From contig JBBCGO010000001.1 in assembly GCA_037200925.1 (NCBI GenBank), positions 696,235-760,234 on the forward strand: a DNA stretch of 64,000 nt. The letters run 5' to 3'. Within the stretch, counting starts at the first letter, position 1, and each line of letters begins with the position of its first letter. Source of the DNA: Candidatus Doudnabacteria bacterium. Lineage in GTDB: Bacteria > Patescibacteriota > Doudnabacteria > UBA920 > O2-02-FULL-48-8. Shown piece after piece: positions 10,084 through 19,797 of the stretch. A program made the position numbers and the translations under genes. The notes under the pieces were generated by a model that saw nothing but the letters and a program-made list of their open reading frames with translations, did not search any database and was not told the origin of the DNA.

Positions 10084-10158
10084 GGGCGGTTAGCTCAGTG
10101 GTAGAGCATTTCTTTGACGTAGAAAGGGTCGCTGGTTCGATCCCAGCACCGCCCACCA
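10084..10158 (+). tRNA. tRNA-Val(GAC)
   Basis: GGGCGGT..ACCGCCC acceptor, TTTCT-TTGACGT-AGAAA, TTCGATC, CCA. Confidence 0.97.
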
Positions 10159-10256
10159 GAAAATTAAAGCTACGAAATTACGAAAAGTTACGTAAGTACG
10201 AAAGTTTTGTTTCGTATTTTCGTAAAAAATTCGTAGTTCGCAGAGAATCGATCTCT

Positions 10257-10940
10257 ATGGACCTAGAAAAACTCGAGACTAAAATAAAAATACAATTTAA
10301 AGACCGGAACCTGCTGCAGTCAGCGTTGACCCATCGTTCATATCTGAATGAGAACCGCCGCTGGCCGCTGGCGCATAACGAGCGCCTGGAATTTTTGGGC
10401 GACGCGGTTTTGGAATTGATCACAACCGAGTACCTGTACCGGAATTTTCCCAACCCTGAAGGCGAACTGACCAATTTGCGCTCCGCTTTGGTCAATTATA
10501 AGATGTTGTCCGAAATTGCCAGCAGCCTGGAACTGGATAAGTACATTTTGCTTTCCCGAGGAGAATCAAACGATATGGGAAGAGCTCGCCAGGTGATTTT
10601 GGCAAATGCAATTGAGGCCTTGATCGGCGCGATCTATCTGGACTCGGGATTTGAGGTATCAAGAACTTTCATCCATGATTTTGTGATCAATCATCTGGAA
10701 ACCATAGTAAATGCCGGCAATATCCTGGACCCCAAAAGCAAATTTCAGGAACTGGCGCAGGAAAAGCTGGGCGTGACGCCGCATTATAAGGTTTTGGCCG
10801 AATGGGGGCCTGATCATAACAAAAATTTTGAGGTTGGAGTGTTTATCAATGACAAGCAGATCGCCAAGGGTTCAGGCCCGTCCAAACAGGAGGCGGAAAT
10901 TGCGGCGGCGGAAAACGGCCTCAAGGTTTCTGATCTATAA
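10257..10940 (+). CDS. rnc: ribonuclease III
   Basis: HNERLEFLGDAVL signature, C-terminal dsRBD; start at MDLEK. Confidence 0.97.
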   Translation: MDLEKLETKIKIQFKDRNLLQSALTHRSYLNENRRWPLAHNERLEFLGDAVLELITTEYLYRNFPNPEGELTNLRSALVNYKMLSEIASSLELDKYILLSRGESNDMGRARQVILANAIEALIGAIYLDSGFEVSRTFIHDFVINHLETIVNAGNILDPKSKFQELAQEKLGVTPHYKVLAEWGPDHNKNFEVGVFINDKQIAKGSGPSKQEAEIAAAENGLKVSDL

Positions 10941-10959
10941 TTCGGGAAACTAACACTAA

Positions 10960-13161
10960 ATGTATTTAAAGCGACTGGAACTGCAGGGGTTCAAATCCTT
11001 TGCGCATAAAACCGTGCTTGATTTTGATCCCGGAATGACTGCCGTGGTCGGTCCGAACGGCTCGGGCAAATCAAATGTGGCTGATGCTCTCCGCTGGGTC
11101 ATGGGCGAGCAGTCTTTGAAGCTGCTGCGCGGTAAAAAATCCGAGGACGTGATCTTTGCCGGCTCAGACAAAAAATCCAAGCTTTCCGTGGCTGAAGTGT
11201 CTTTAACTTTTGACAATAAAGATCATAAGATTCCCGTGGAATATGGGGAAGTGGTGATCACCAGAAGATTGTTCCGCAACGGCGACTCAGAATACCTGAT
11301 GAACAACCAGCGGGTCCGACTGTTCGACGTGATAGACGCGCTCATGCGTTCTGGTTTTGGGGCGACAAATTATGCCGTGATAGGCCAGGGAACCATTGAT
11401 CAGATGGTTTTGGCCGGTCCCTCTGAGATCAAAAATTTGGTCGAGGAAGCATCCGGGGTCAAGCCTTATTATTTGAAGCGTGAAAAAACATTAAGGCGCC
11501 TGGCGCAGACCGAGGAAAACCTGGGCCGGGTCTCGGAGCTTCTGAAGGAGATCGAGCCAAGGCTCAAGTCCTTAAAGCGCCAGGCCAAGCGCATGGAGGA
11601 GCGCGAAGCTCTTGCATCTGAATTGAGTATTTTGCAAATGGAATATTTCGGCAATCAGTCGTTTTTGCTGGAAACGGAACTTAATGCAGTAGCAGAACGT
11701 TTGGCCATCAAAAGCGCGGTGATCACGCAGGCGGATAGTGAGATCGCGGCCTTCCAGAAAACTTTGGATAAAGAAGAACAGCAGACCGGAAAAGCAAATA
11801 ATTTTATCGAAGAATTGGAAAAAAAGCTCAAGGATTTAGAGGATGGAAAATTAACTCTGCTGGAACAATTGGCGGAACTTCGCGGCAAGCTGAAATTGGA
11901 ATCATCCAATGATGCAGCTAATAAATTTTCTTTAGAAAATTTTTCAAATAAACTTGTCCAATTCAAGCATTCATTTGAAATGATCCTGGATTCGCTCAAG
12001 GCGGATAACATTGCCGAGATCAGGCACAAGTTAAGAGAATTGGTGGAAAGTTTCAGCAAGCATTCCGATCCCGCCCATCAGGATCTGAAACCGGCCAATG
12101 ATGAATTGCTAAATCAGAAGAAAACTTTAGATGTTAAGCTTGAAGTGATCGTGAAAGAGATCCATGAACAAAACAGCGCCAAGAATAAATTATTGGCCGA
12201 AGAAAGGCAGAAAAAAGGATTTTTGACCGAAGAAGAAAAAAAATTCCGCAGTAAATCGCTGGAATTAGTCCGCCTCAAAGACGAACAAAACCTGGTTTTG
12301 GTGGAGAAAGCCAAGTTGGAAACGAGACTAGAAGGGCTCCACAAAGAGATCAAGGAAGCCTTGGGCCAGATCCCGGCAGATCTTGCCCGGTACAAAAAAC
12401 CTCAGATTCTGCCGAATCTGCCGAATCAAATATTAAAATTAAAGCATCAGCTGGAGTTGGCCGGCGGCATTGATGAATCGACTTTAAATGAGTTTAAAGA
12501 AACTCAGCAGAGGTTTGACTATTTATCCGAACAATCGTCTGATCTGAGCCAGGCAGTGGTTGATCTTAGGAGCGTGATCGAAGATCTGGACCAGATCATC
12601 AAGAAGCAGTTTGACGAGGCGTTCGATAAAATTTCTGCGAAGTTCTCTGAATATTTCCGGATATTGTTCAACGGCGGACGCTCGCAGATGAGTCTGCTTC
12701 GTGCCGCAAAGGAATCGGAGGAAAGTCTGCAAGAAGCCGAGGAAGATGAGGAAGAATCCGCAGCAATGGACGGGGTCAGGCATAAAAAAGCCGTGCAGGA
12801 AATCGTCGGAATTGAAATAAAAGCCACGCCACCGGGTAAGAAACTGGCCTCGATCACGGCTCTGTCAGGAGGCGAGCGGGCGCTTACGGCAATTGCTTTG
12901 CTTTGCAGCATGCTGGCCTGTTATCCTTCGCCGTTCGTGGTTCTGGATGAGGTTGATGCAGCCCTTGATGAAGCCAATTCCATCCGTTTTGCCAGTATTC
13001 TGGGAACTCTGGCCCATCAAACGCAGTTCATCACGATCACGCATAACCGCGAAACTATGCGCCAGGCCCATACGCTGTATGGCGTGACCATGACCGAGGA
13101 AGGGATTTCCAAGATCTTGTCGTTAAAACTTGAGCAGGCGGAAAAGATCGAAGTGAAATGA
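10960..13161 (+). CDS. smc: SMC-family ATPase, short (733 aa)
   Basis: GFKSF, GPNGSGKSN, LSGGE, LDEVDAALD, ITH; downstream of rnc. Confidence 0.9.
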   Translation: MYLKRLELQGFKSFAHKTVLDFDPGMTAVVGPNGSGKSNVADALRWVMGEQSLKLLRGKKSEDVIFAGSDKKSKLSVAEVSLTFDNKDHKIPVEYGEVVITRRLFRNGDSEYLMNNQRVRLFDVIDALMRSGFGATNYAVIGQGTIDQMVLAGPSEIKNLVEEASGVKPYYLKREKTLRRLAQTEENLGRVSELLKEIEPRLKSLKRQAKRMEEREALASELSILQMEYFGNQSFLLETELNAVAERLAIKSAVITQADSEIAAFQKTLDKEEQQTGKANNFIEELEKKLKDLEDGKLTLLEQLAELRGKLKLESSNDAANKFSLENFSNKLVQFKHSFEMILDSLKADNIAEIRHKLRELVESFSKHSDPAHQDLKPANDELLNQKKTLDVKLEVIVKEIHEQNSAKNKLLAEERQKKGFLTEEEKKFRSKSLELVRLKDEQNLVLVEKAKLETRLEGLHKEIKEALGQIPADLARYKKPQILPNLPNQILKLKHQLELAGGIDESTLNEFKETQQRFDYLSEQSSDLSQAVVDLRSVIEDLDQIIKKQFDEAFDKISAKFSEYFRILFNGGRSQMSLLRAAKESEESLQEAEEDEEESAAMDGVRHKKAVQEIVGIEIKATPPGKKLASITALSGGERALTAIALLCSMLACYPSPFVVLDEVDAALDEANSIRFASILGTLAHQTQFITITHNRETMRQAHTLYGVTMTEEGISKILSLKLEQAEKIEVK

Positions 13162-13781
13162 TCGCAAATATTTTTTCACATATAACGAATTTTATAATTC
13201 ATACGATTGATCTATGGGGATACACCGGCGTTGCAGTATTGATGGCAATTGAATCGGCTGCAATTCCTTTGCCGAGCGAGGTCATCATGCCGTTTGCCGG
13301 ATTTTTGGTGGCTTCCCAAAGATTCAGTCTGCTAGGCTTGGGTTTGGCAGGCGCTACCGGTTCTACGATAGGCTCCTGGCTGACTTATTGTTTAGGCTAT
13401 TACGGCGGACGGCCTTTGATTGAGCGTTACGGCCATTGGGTTTTCTTGAGTGAACGGGAACTTAACCTGACTGAAAAGTTTTTTAAAAAATTCGGCCATT
13501 GGTCGACTTTTTTCGGCCGCCTGCTCCCTGTGATCAGGACTTTCGTTTCGATTCCCGCCGGCATCAGTAAAGTTGATTTTTTATCGTTTACGATAACAGC
13601 TTTCATCGGCTCTTTTATCTGGTCCTATTTTTTGGCCTGGCTGGGGCAGCGCCTGGGCGAGCATTGGCATGATCTGGAAAACTATTTCAGAAAATTTGAT
13701 ATACTGATAGTTGCTGTTATCGTGATTTTTATTATCTACTGGATCAGAAGACATTTAAAAGCGGTTTCTTTAAGGAGTTGA
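13158..13781 (+). CDS. DedA family membrane protein
   Basis: ESAAIPLPSE, GRLLPVIRTF motifs. Confidence 0.92.
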   Translation: MIANIFSHITNFIIHTIDLWGYTGVAVLMAIESAAIPLPSEVIMPFAGFLVASQRFSLLGLGLAGATGSTIGSWLTYCLGYYGGRPLIERYGHWVFLSERELNLTEKFFKKFGHWSTFFGRLLPVIRTFVSIPAGISKVDFLSFTITAFIGSFIWSYFLAWLGQRLGEHWHDLENYFRKFDILIVAVIVIFIIYWIRRHLKAVSLRS

Positions 13782-13823
13782 CCTTGCAACTTACTTTTGT
13801 TATGCTATGCAGGCATAAAAAAT

Positions 13824-14168
13824 ATGTTAACAATACGATTACAACGTACAGGGACCAAGAACAAAGCCGACTTCCGGATCGTTTTGGCGCAGGCTCACCG
13901 CAGCGCGTCCAAAAAAGTTTTGGAAGTTTTGGGGCACTATAATCCGCGCAGCAAGAACTTCGGCATCAAAGACCCGGAACGGCTGAACTATTGGATCGCC
14001 CAGCATGTCCAGATTTCTCCGACAGTCCACAATTTATTCGTAGAGAAAAAATTGGTAACCAGCAAGAAGGTTAAAGCCTGGCAGCCCAAGAAAAAAGCGG
14101 GTGCTTCCGCTGTGGTGAGTGAGGCTGCTGCGCCGGCAGAACCTGCTAAGGTTGAATCCCCAGCGTAG
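13824..14168 (+). CDS. rpsP: 30S ribosomal protein S16
   Basis: MLTIRLQRTG..FRIV..EVLGHYNP. Confidence 0.96.
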   Translation: MLTIRLQRTGTKNKADFRIVLAQAHRSASKKVLEVLGHYNPRSKNFGIKDPERLNYWIAQHVQISPTVHNLFVEKKLVTSKKVKAWQPKKKAGASAVVSEAAAPAEPAKVESPA

Positions 14169-14205
14169 ATTTGGTATTATTTATTTAACAATTAACCATA
14201 CAGAC

Positions 14206-14559
14206 ATGGCACAAGAACAAGACCAGGAATTTGTTGAATATCTCGTGCGCGCTCTGGTTGATCATCCCGAAGATGTGAAAACCGAACGGACAGTGGACGA
14301 GATGGGGGTGTTGATCACCCTGCACCTGCACCCGGAAGATATGGGTCAGGTGATCGGCCGGCAAGGCCAGACCGCCAAATCCATTCGCACATTACTGCGG
14401 GTGGTCGGGGCAAAAAGAAAGTCTCGCGTGAATCTGAAGATCCACGAACCGGAAGGTTCGAAGCGGCCGATGGGCCGGGATTCGAGAGATACGGAAGGTC
14501 GGGAGTCAAAAGATACGGATAAAGAATTGGCAACCGACATCGACGAGTTTAAACTCTAA
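14206..14559 (+). CDS. khpA: KH-domain RNA-binding protein KhpA
   Basis: LVDHPEDV, DMGQVIGRQG; follows rpsP. Confidence 0.9.
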   Translation: MAQEQDQEFVEYLVRALVDHPEDVKTERTVDEMGVLITLHLHPEDMGQVIGRQGQTAKSIRTLLRVVGAKRKSRVNLKIHEPEGSKRPMGRDSRDTEGRESKDTDKELATDIDEFKL

Positions 14560-14562
14560 ATC

Positions 14563-14590
14563 AAAACCCCGCAAACTGTGCGGGGTTTTT
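14563..14590 (+). terminator. intrinsic terminator
   Basis: AAAACCCCGCA..TGCGGGGTTTTT. Confidence 0.7.
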
Positions 14591-14599
14591 AATTCCCAA

Positions 14600-15292
14600 A
14601 TGAAATTTATTATTCTAACTTTATTCCCCGAAGCATTTGAGTCTTACCTGAACGTAAGCTTACTTAAGCGCGCTCTGGCGAAAAAATTGATCAGGATCGA
14701 ACTGAAGAATTTGCGGGATTGGGGAGAAGGGGCACATAAAAGCGTAGACCAAAGACCATACGGCGGAGGGGTGGGTATGGTCTTGCGAGTTGATATTATT
14801 GATAAGGCCCTGAAGAGTCTAAAACTTAGGAAAGGCAAAAAAGGACAAGCGATAATTCTGATGACTCCGCAGGGAAAAGTTTTCAATCAAAGAACAGCCA
14901 ATAAATTAGCTGACTACAAAACTATTTGCTTAATTTGTGGTCGCTATGAGGGTTTTGACGAGCGCATTCGTGATCTGGTTGACATGGAAATATCTTTGGG
15001 CGATTTTGTTTTGACGGGCGGCGAAATTCCGGCTCTGGCAATTCTGGATACTGTTGCCCGCTTAGTCCCGGGCGTGGTGGGCAAAGAAGAATCTTTGATC
15101 AATGAAAGCTTTAGCGACGGGATTCTTGAATATCCGCAATACACGCGACCCGAAAATTATAAAGGCAAACGAGTACCGAAAGTTTTGTTAACCGGCCATC
15201 ATGCCAAGATCAATGAATGGCGAAAGTCTGAGGCTTTAAAACGGACAAAAAAAAGAAGACCGGATTTATTGAAAAACAATGCCAAAATTTGA
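14600..15292 (+). CDS. trmD: tRNA (guanine-N1)-methyltransferase
   Basis: RPYGGGVGM, CGRYEGFDER, SLGDFVLTGGE, EYPQYTRP. Confidence 0.97.
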   Translation: MKFIILTLFPEAFESYLNVSLLKRALAKKLIRIELKNLRDWGEGAHKSVDQRPYGGGVGMVLRVDIIDKALKSLKLRKGKKGQAIILMTPQGKVFNQRTANKLADYKTICLICGRYEGFDERIRDLVDMEISLGDFVLTGGEIPALAILDTVARLVPGVVGKEESLINESFSDGILEYPQYTRPENYKGKRVPKVLLTGHHAKINEWRKSEALKRTKKRRPDLLKNNAKI

Positions 15293-16181
15293 ATCACAAG
15301 AAACGAATCGTTTGGATAAATTTTTAGCAACAGTTGCCAGTGTTTCTCGCGGCAAGGTTCAAAAAGCTATCAAACAAGGCCAGGTTTCAGTGAATCAAAA
15401 AGTCATCATTGAGCCTGATTTCAAAATTGCTCCAGGTGACCAGATCGAACTGCCTGAATTTGAAAGCGAAGAACTAAAGCCAAGCAATTTGGAACTAAAA
15501 GTTGTTTTTGAGAATGACGATGTTGCGGTAATTGATAAGCCGGCAGGATTGGTTGTACACCCAGGTGCCGGGAACAAGGAAGATACTCTGGCCCAGGCTT
15601 TGATTACCAAATATCCCGGTATTGAAAACGTAGGAGAACCTCATCGGCCCGGAATTGTTCATCGATTGGATGAGGATACCTCGGGTTTGATCCTGATCGC
15701 CAAAAATCCCAAAAGCTTTGAATACTTTAAAAAACTGTTCCTGGACAGGAAAGTGGAAAAAGAATATTTGGCTTTAGTTCATGGCATCTCGCCCAAAACC
15801 CACGACGTGATTGATCTGCCGATACAACGGGTGCCGCTGAAACAAAAAATGAAGATCGGATTGGGTAAACCTGCGTTGACCGAATACTGGGTTTTGGCCG
15901 ACTCTGGACAATATTCTTTGCTTCGTGTAAAATTGCATACAGGTCGCACACATCAGATCAGAGTTCATCTTTCCCATATCGGCCATCCGATTGTTGGAGA
16001 CCAGGTTTACGGAAAAAAAGAAGACACGAAAATCCTTTCCCGGCAGTTCCTGCATGCGTATAAACTCAAGTTTCAATTGCCCAATGGGACGTGGATAGAA
16101 TTATTTTCAAGTTTACCCCGGGATTTAAAAGATATACTTAAAAAAGTTAATATCACTTATGACAATGATCCAAACATTTAG
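15279..16181 (+). CDS. rluD: RluA/RluD family pseudouridine synthase
   Basis: S4 domain, DKPAGLVVHP, HRLDEDTSG, TGRTHQIRVH. Confidence 0.9.
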   Translation: MPKFESQETNRLDKFLATVASVSRGKVQKAIKQGQVSVNQKVIIEPDFKIAPGDQIELPEFESEELKPSNLELKVVFENDDVAVIDKPAGLVVHPGAGNKEDTLAQALITKYPGIENVGEPHRPGIVHRLDEDTSGLILIAKNPKSFEYFKKLFLDRKVEKEYLALVHGISPKTHDVIDLPIQRVPLKQKMKIGLGKPALTEYWVLADSGQYSLLRVKLHTGRTHQIRVHLSHIGHPIVGDQVYGKKEDTKILSRQFLHAYKLKFQLPNGTWIELFSSLPRDLKDILKKVNITYDNDPNI

Positions 16182-16503
16182 AGAAGAACAGTTAAAGGCA
16201 ATTCCGAAACTAAAAGCCGGATACATCGTGCGCGTATATCAAAAGATCAAAGATGTCTCGCCTGACGGCAAAGAAAAAGAACGCGTCCAGATATTTGAAG
16301 GCCAGGTTATCGGTACCCGCGGCGGCAAAGCCATCAACGGCACTGTGACCGTGCGCAAGATCTCTTCCGGCATCGGCGTGGAACGCATTTTTCCCATTCA
16401 TTCACCAAACATAGAAAAGATAGAAGTAGTGAAAGAAACCCCGGCCAGAAAAACCAAGCTCTACTACACAAGAAAAGGACAGGAAGCGAAGGTCAGAGAA
16501 TAA
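16159..16503 (+). CDS. rplS: 50S ribosomal protein L19
   Basis: KERVQIFEG, TVRKISSGIGVERIFP, KLYY. Confidence 0.96.
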   Translation: MTMIQTFREEQLKAIPKLKAGYIVRVYQKIKDVSPDGKEKERVQIFEGQVIGTRGGKAINGTVTVRKISSGIGVERIFPIHSPNIEKIEVVKETPARKTKLYYTRKGQEAKVRE

Positions 16504-16507
16504 ATTT

Positions 16508-16534
16508 AAAACCGCCAGCGATGGCGGTTTTTTT
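16508..16534 (+). terminator. intrinsic terminator
   Basis: AAAACCGCCA..TGGCGGTTTTTTT. Confidence 0.7.
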
Positions 16535-16543
16535 GTTCATGAC

Positions 16544-16571
16544 TTTGCTCAGTAGCATGCTACTGAGCAAA
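16544..16571. repeat. perfect 28-bp palindrome
   Basis: TTTGCTCAGTAGCA|TGCTACTGAGCAAA. Confidence 0.8.
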
Positions 16572-16579
16572 AAATATCT

Positions 16580-17161
16580 CTATATCAATTTCAGCACTTT
16601 CCACCAAGCATCAATATACTCAGGCCGTTTGTTTTGATATTTCAAATAATATGCATGTTCCCAGACATCAAGGCCCAGAACCGGCGTGTGGCCATGCAGA
16701 TACGGTGAATCTTGATTGGGCATGCCATGCAGATGCAGTTTGCCGGACACATCCCGTGCCAGCCAGGCCCAGCCTGAGCCAAATTGCTTGGTCGCAATAT
16801 CCGTAAATTGTTTTTTGAATTCATCAACTGAGCCAAAGACTTTGTTGATATCTGAAACTAGCTTTTCATTCTTATTGTTCGCAGGGTCCAGGATCTTCCA
16901 AAACAGGGAATGGTTGAGGTGTCCGCCGCCGTGATTGCGGATCGCGATCCGGTCCTCATCATCAACCTTGAGCGAATAGAGATCTCTTAATAGTTCGTCA
17001 ACCGGTTTGTCCTGCAATTCCGGATATTTTGCCAAAGCGGCGTTTAATTTATCTATATAGGCCTGATGATGCTTGGTATAATGGATTTCCATGGTTTTGG
17101 CGTCAATGTAAGGCTCCAATGCATTATAAGCATAGGGAAGTTTTGGCAATTCTTGTTTCAT
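16580..17161 (-). CDS. sodA: Fe/Mn superoxide dismutase (Mn-type signature)
   Basis: HYTKHH, GGGHLNHSLFW, NQD, DVWEHAYY. Confidence 0.95.
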   Translation of the reverse strand: MKQELPKLPYAYNALEPYIDAKTMEIHYTKHHQAYIDKLNAALAKYPELQDKPVDELLRDLYSLKVDDEDRIAIRNHGGGHLNHSLFWKILDPANNKNEKLVSDINKVFGSVDEFKKQFTDIATKQFGSGWAWLARDVSGKLHLHGMPNQDSPYLHGHTPVLGLDVWEHAYYLKYQNKRPEYIDAWWKVLKLI

Positions 17162-17224
17162 AAGTATAGGTTAATGTTGATATTTGCAAATTAACATTTG
17201 TTGTTACTCAAGTCAATCGGCAGG

Positions 17225-17252
17225 TTGACATACAGGCAGTTTATGGTATATT
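17225..17252 (+). promoter_or_regulatory. sigma70 promoter upstream of putative 6S RNA/rny
   Basis: TTGACA-16-TATATT with extended -10 TG. Confidence 0.6.
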
Positions 17253-17259
17253 AGAAATA

Positions 17260-17450
17260 GCTTAAAAAGCTAAATATATTGAATTTTAAGTATTGCTGAT
17301 CGTTGGTTGCATCTTTGATTCATGACTAATTCTTTTGTGTCCAATTTAATCCTAAAAATTTCCACTCTCACAAATTTCGAAAGAGGGTTTTCAACGTTTT
17401 AATTTGATACAAACAATAAAGTTCAGAATGATGCGACCAACAAAGCTTGG
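17260..17450 (+). ncRNA. ssrS: putative 6S RNA (or structured rny leader)
   Basis: About 190 nt rod: GTTGGTTGCATC/GATGCGACCAAC, TTTGTGTC/GATACAAA, internal bubbles; directly upstream of rny-ymdB. Confidence 0.5.
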
Positions 17451-17461
17451 AAAGGTTTTGT

Positions 17462-18976
17462 ATGCTTATTGGAATTATTGTTGGAGCGCTTTTAGGAGCA
17501 ATGGTGGGTTATCTGATCCGCAAAGTGCAGATCGCCAACCAGGTAAACTCCATTGAAGGCCGGGTCGCCAGGGCTTTGGAGGAAGCAAAAAATAAGGAAA
17601 AGGAAATTTTGCTTGATGCCAAATCGAAAGCACTGGAAATTGTAGGCCAGGGTAAAAAGGCAGAAGAAGAATTTCGGAACCAGATCATCAAAGTCGAGGA
17701 CCGCTTAAGCCGCAAGGAATCGGACCTCGAACGCAAGCTGTCCGAATCCGAGAAGCTCAAAGAAGATCTGAATTTCAAAAAAACAGAGATCGAGAAAACC
17801 AAAGATGAGATGCGGGGACTGAAGCAAAAACAGCTTGAGCAACTGCAGAAGATCTCAGGGCTTTCAACTGAGGACGCCAAAAGAGTTCTTTTGGAATCCA
17901 CGGAAAAGAGCGTGAAAGAAGAGCTGACCATGCTGACCCACAAACTGGTCAACCAGGCCCGCGAGGATGCGGATAAAAAAGCCCGCGATATTGTAGCTCT
18001 CGCCATACAGCGCTGCGCATCAGAGGTCACCAGCGAAATGACGACCACGGCTGTGACTTTGCCGAGCGAAGAAATGAAAGGGCGGATCATCGGCAAAGAA
18101 GGCCGAAACATCCGGACCTTTGAGCAGATGCTGGGAGTGGAGGTCATCGTTGACGACACGCCTGATGCCGTGATCATTTCCGGCTTCAATTCGGTCCGCC
18201 GCCATATCGCGAAGATCGCCCTGGAAAAATTGATTTTGGACGGCCGCATTCATCCTGCTAAAATTGAAGAAGCAACGGAGAAAGCCAAAAAAGAAGTTTC
18301 TGACATGATCAAAGAAGCAGGCGAGCAGGCAGTGTATGAACTGGGTATTGCCAATTTTCCGCCAAAATTAGTGCAGCTGATCGGGAGGCTCAAATTCCGC
18401 ACCAGCTACGGCCAAAACGTACTCAAACATTCGATAGAGATGGCCAAGCTGGCGGCATTGATGGCCGAAGAGATCGGCGCTGATGTTATGACCGTCAAAC
18501 AAGGAGCCCTGCTGCATGACATCGGCAAAGCCTTGGACCAGGATATGGAAGGTACTCACGTGGAGATCGGCAAACAGATCGCGAAAAAGTTCAATCTGCC
18601 CGAAAAAATAGTGAATGCGATCGAAGCCCATCACGGCGATGTGGAATACACTTCTATTGAAGCCGCTATCGTTGATGCTGCTGACAATATTTCCGGAGCA
18701 AGGCCCGGAGCTAGGCGCGATACCTATGAAAATTACGTAAAAAGACTTGAGGAACTGGAGAGCCTGGCGCACAGCTTTGAGGGCGTTGATAAAGTTTACG
18801 CTATTCAGGCAGGAAGAGAGATCCGGGTGTTTGTTAAACCCGACAAACTGGATGATTGGGGGGCGACGAAATTGGCCCGCGAGATCGCCAATAAGATAGA
18901 ACAGGATCTGAAGTATCCGGGAGAGATCAGGGTCATGGTCATCAGGGAAACAAGAGTAATCGAATATGCAAGGTAA
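17462..18976 (+). CDS. rny: ribonuclease Y
   Basis: N-terminal TM, coiled coil, KH (KGRIIGKEGRNIR), HD (LLHDIGK). Confidence 0.97.
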   Translation: MLIGIIVGALLGAMVGYLIRKVQIANQVNSIEGRVARALEEAKNKEKEILLDAKSKALEIVGQGKKAEEEFRNQIIKVEDRLSRKESDLERKLSESEKLKEDLNFKKTEIEKTKDEMRGLKQKQLEQLQKISGLSTEDAKRVLLESTEKSVKEELTMLTHKLVNQAREDADKKARDIVALAIQRCASEVTSEMTTTAVTLPSEEMKGRIIGKEGRNIRTFEQMLGVEVIVDDTPDAVIISGFNSVRRHIAKIALEKLILDGRIHPAKIEEATEKAKKEVSDMIKEAGEQAVYELGIANFPPKLVQLIGRLKFRTSYGQNVLKHSIEMAKLAALMAEEIGADVMTVKQGALLHDIGKALDQDMEGTHVEIGKQIAKKFNLPEKIVNAIEAHHGDVEYTSIEAAIVDAADNISGARPGARRDTYENYVKRLEELESLAHSFEGVDKVYAIQAGREIRVFVKPDKLDDWGATKLAREIANKIEQDLKYPGEIRVMVIRETRVIEYAR

Positions 18977-19797
18977 TGCTTAAGATAATATTTTTTGGAG
19001 ACATCACAGGCGAGCCGGGCCGGGCGGCCGTTAAAAAAACCCTGCCGGATTTGATCAAGTCCGAGCAGCCTGATTTGATCTTGGCGAATGTTGAAAATTT
19101 GGCTCACGGCAAAGGCGTGACTGTCAAAACTTTGGAAGAATTGATCCGCCTCGGCATCTCCGGGTTTACTTCAGGCAATCATATTTATTCCAAAAAAGAT
19201 CTGTCGGATGAAACTTTCCGAAAATATCCGGACAAACTTGTCCGGCCGGCTAATATTCCCGACACCTATGCGGGGAAAAACGCGGTGGTCATCCCGACCG
19301 CCAAAGGCGATGTCTTGATCGGCAATTTCCTGGGCCAGGTGTTCATGGAAAAACAATTCCACGATCCGATCAGTTCGCCTTTTGCTGAAGCGGAAAAATG
19401 GCTTACAGCCAACGATCCAAAAAATTACGCAGCGGTGGTGATCGATTTTCACGCCGAAGCGACAAGTGAGAAAGTCGCCTTCGGATATTTTTTGGATGGC
19501 CGGGTCAGCGCAGTTTTGGGCACGCATACCCATATCCCCACTGCAGATGCAAAAATCCTGCCCGGGGGAACCGCCTATATCACGGACGTCGGCATGTGCG
19601 GAGCAGCAGGGGGAGTGCTGGGTGTTAAGAAAGAATTGTCTCTGGAACGGTTTACCTCGGGCACACGGGTGCCGTTTGATATCCCGGAAGACCCTTCTTC
19701 TGCGGAATTAAGTTATGTTATCATAGAGGTGGACGAAACCAGCCGGAAAGCCCTCAAAATTTCCAGCCAACATCAAATAATTAAAATCAATGGATAA
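18976..19797 (+). CDS. ymdB: YmdB-like metallophosphoesterase (TIGR00282)
   Basis: GDITG, NVEN, TSGNH, DFHAEATSEK, GTHTH. Confidence 0.93.
   Translation: MLKIIFFGDITGEPGRAAVKKTLPDLIKSEQPDLILANVENLAHGKGVTVKTLEELIRLGISGFTSGNHIYSKKDLSDETFRKYPDKLVRPANIPDTYAGKNAVVIPTAKGDVLIGNFLGQVFMEKQFHDPISSPFAEAEKWLTANDPKNYAAVVIDFHAEATSEKVAFGYFLDGRVSAVLGTHTHIPTADAKILPGGTAYITDVGMCGAAGGVLGVKKELSLERFTSGTRVPFDIPEDPSSAELSYVIIEVDETSRKALKISSQHQIIKING

Noticed and set aside
10056-10256. N-terminal extension of RNase III in the ORF track
   Set aside because: Overlaps tRNA-Val; real start at 10257
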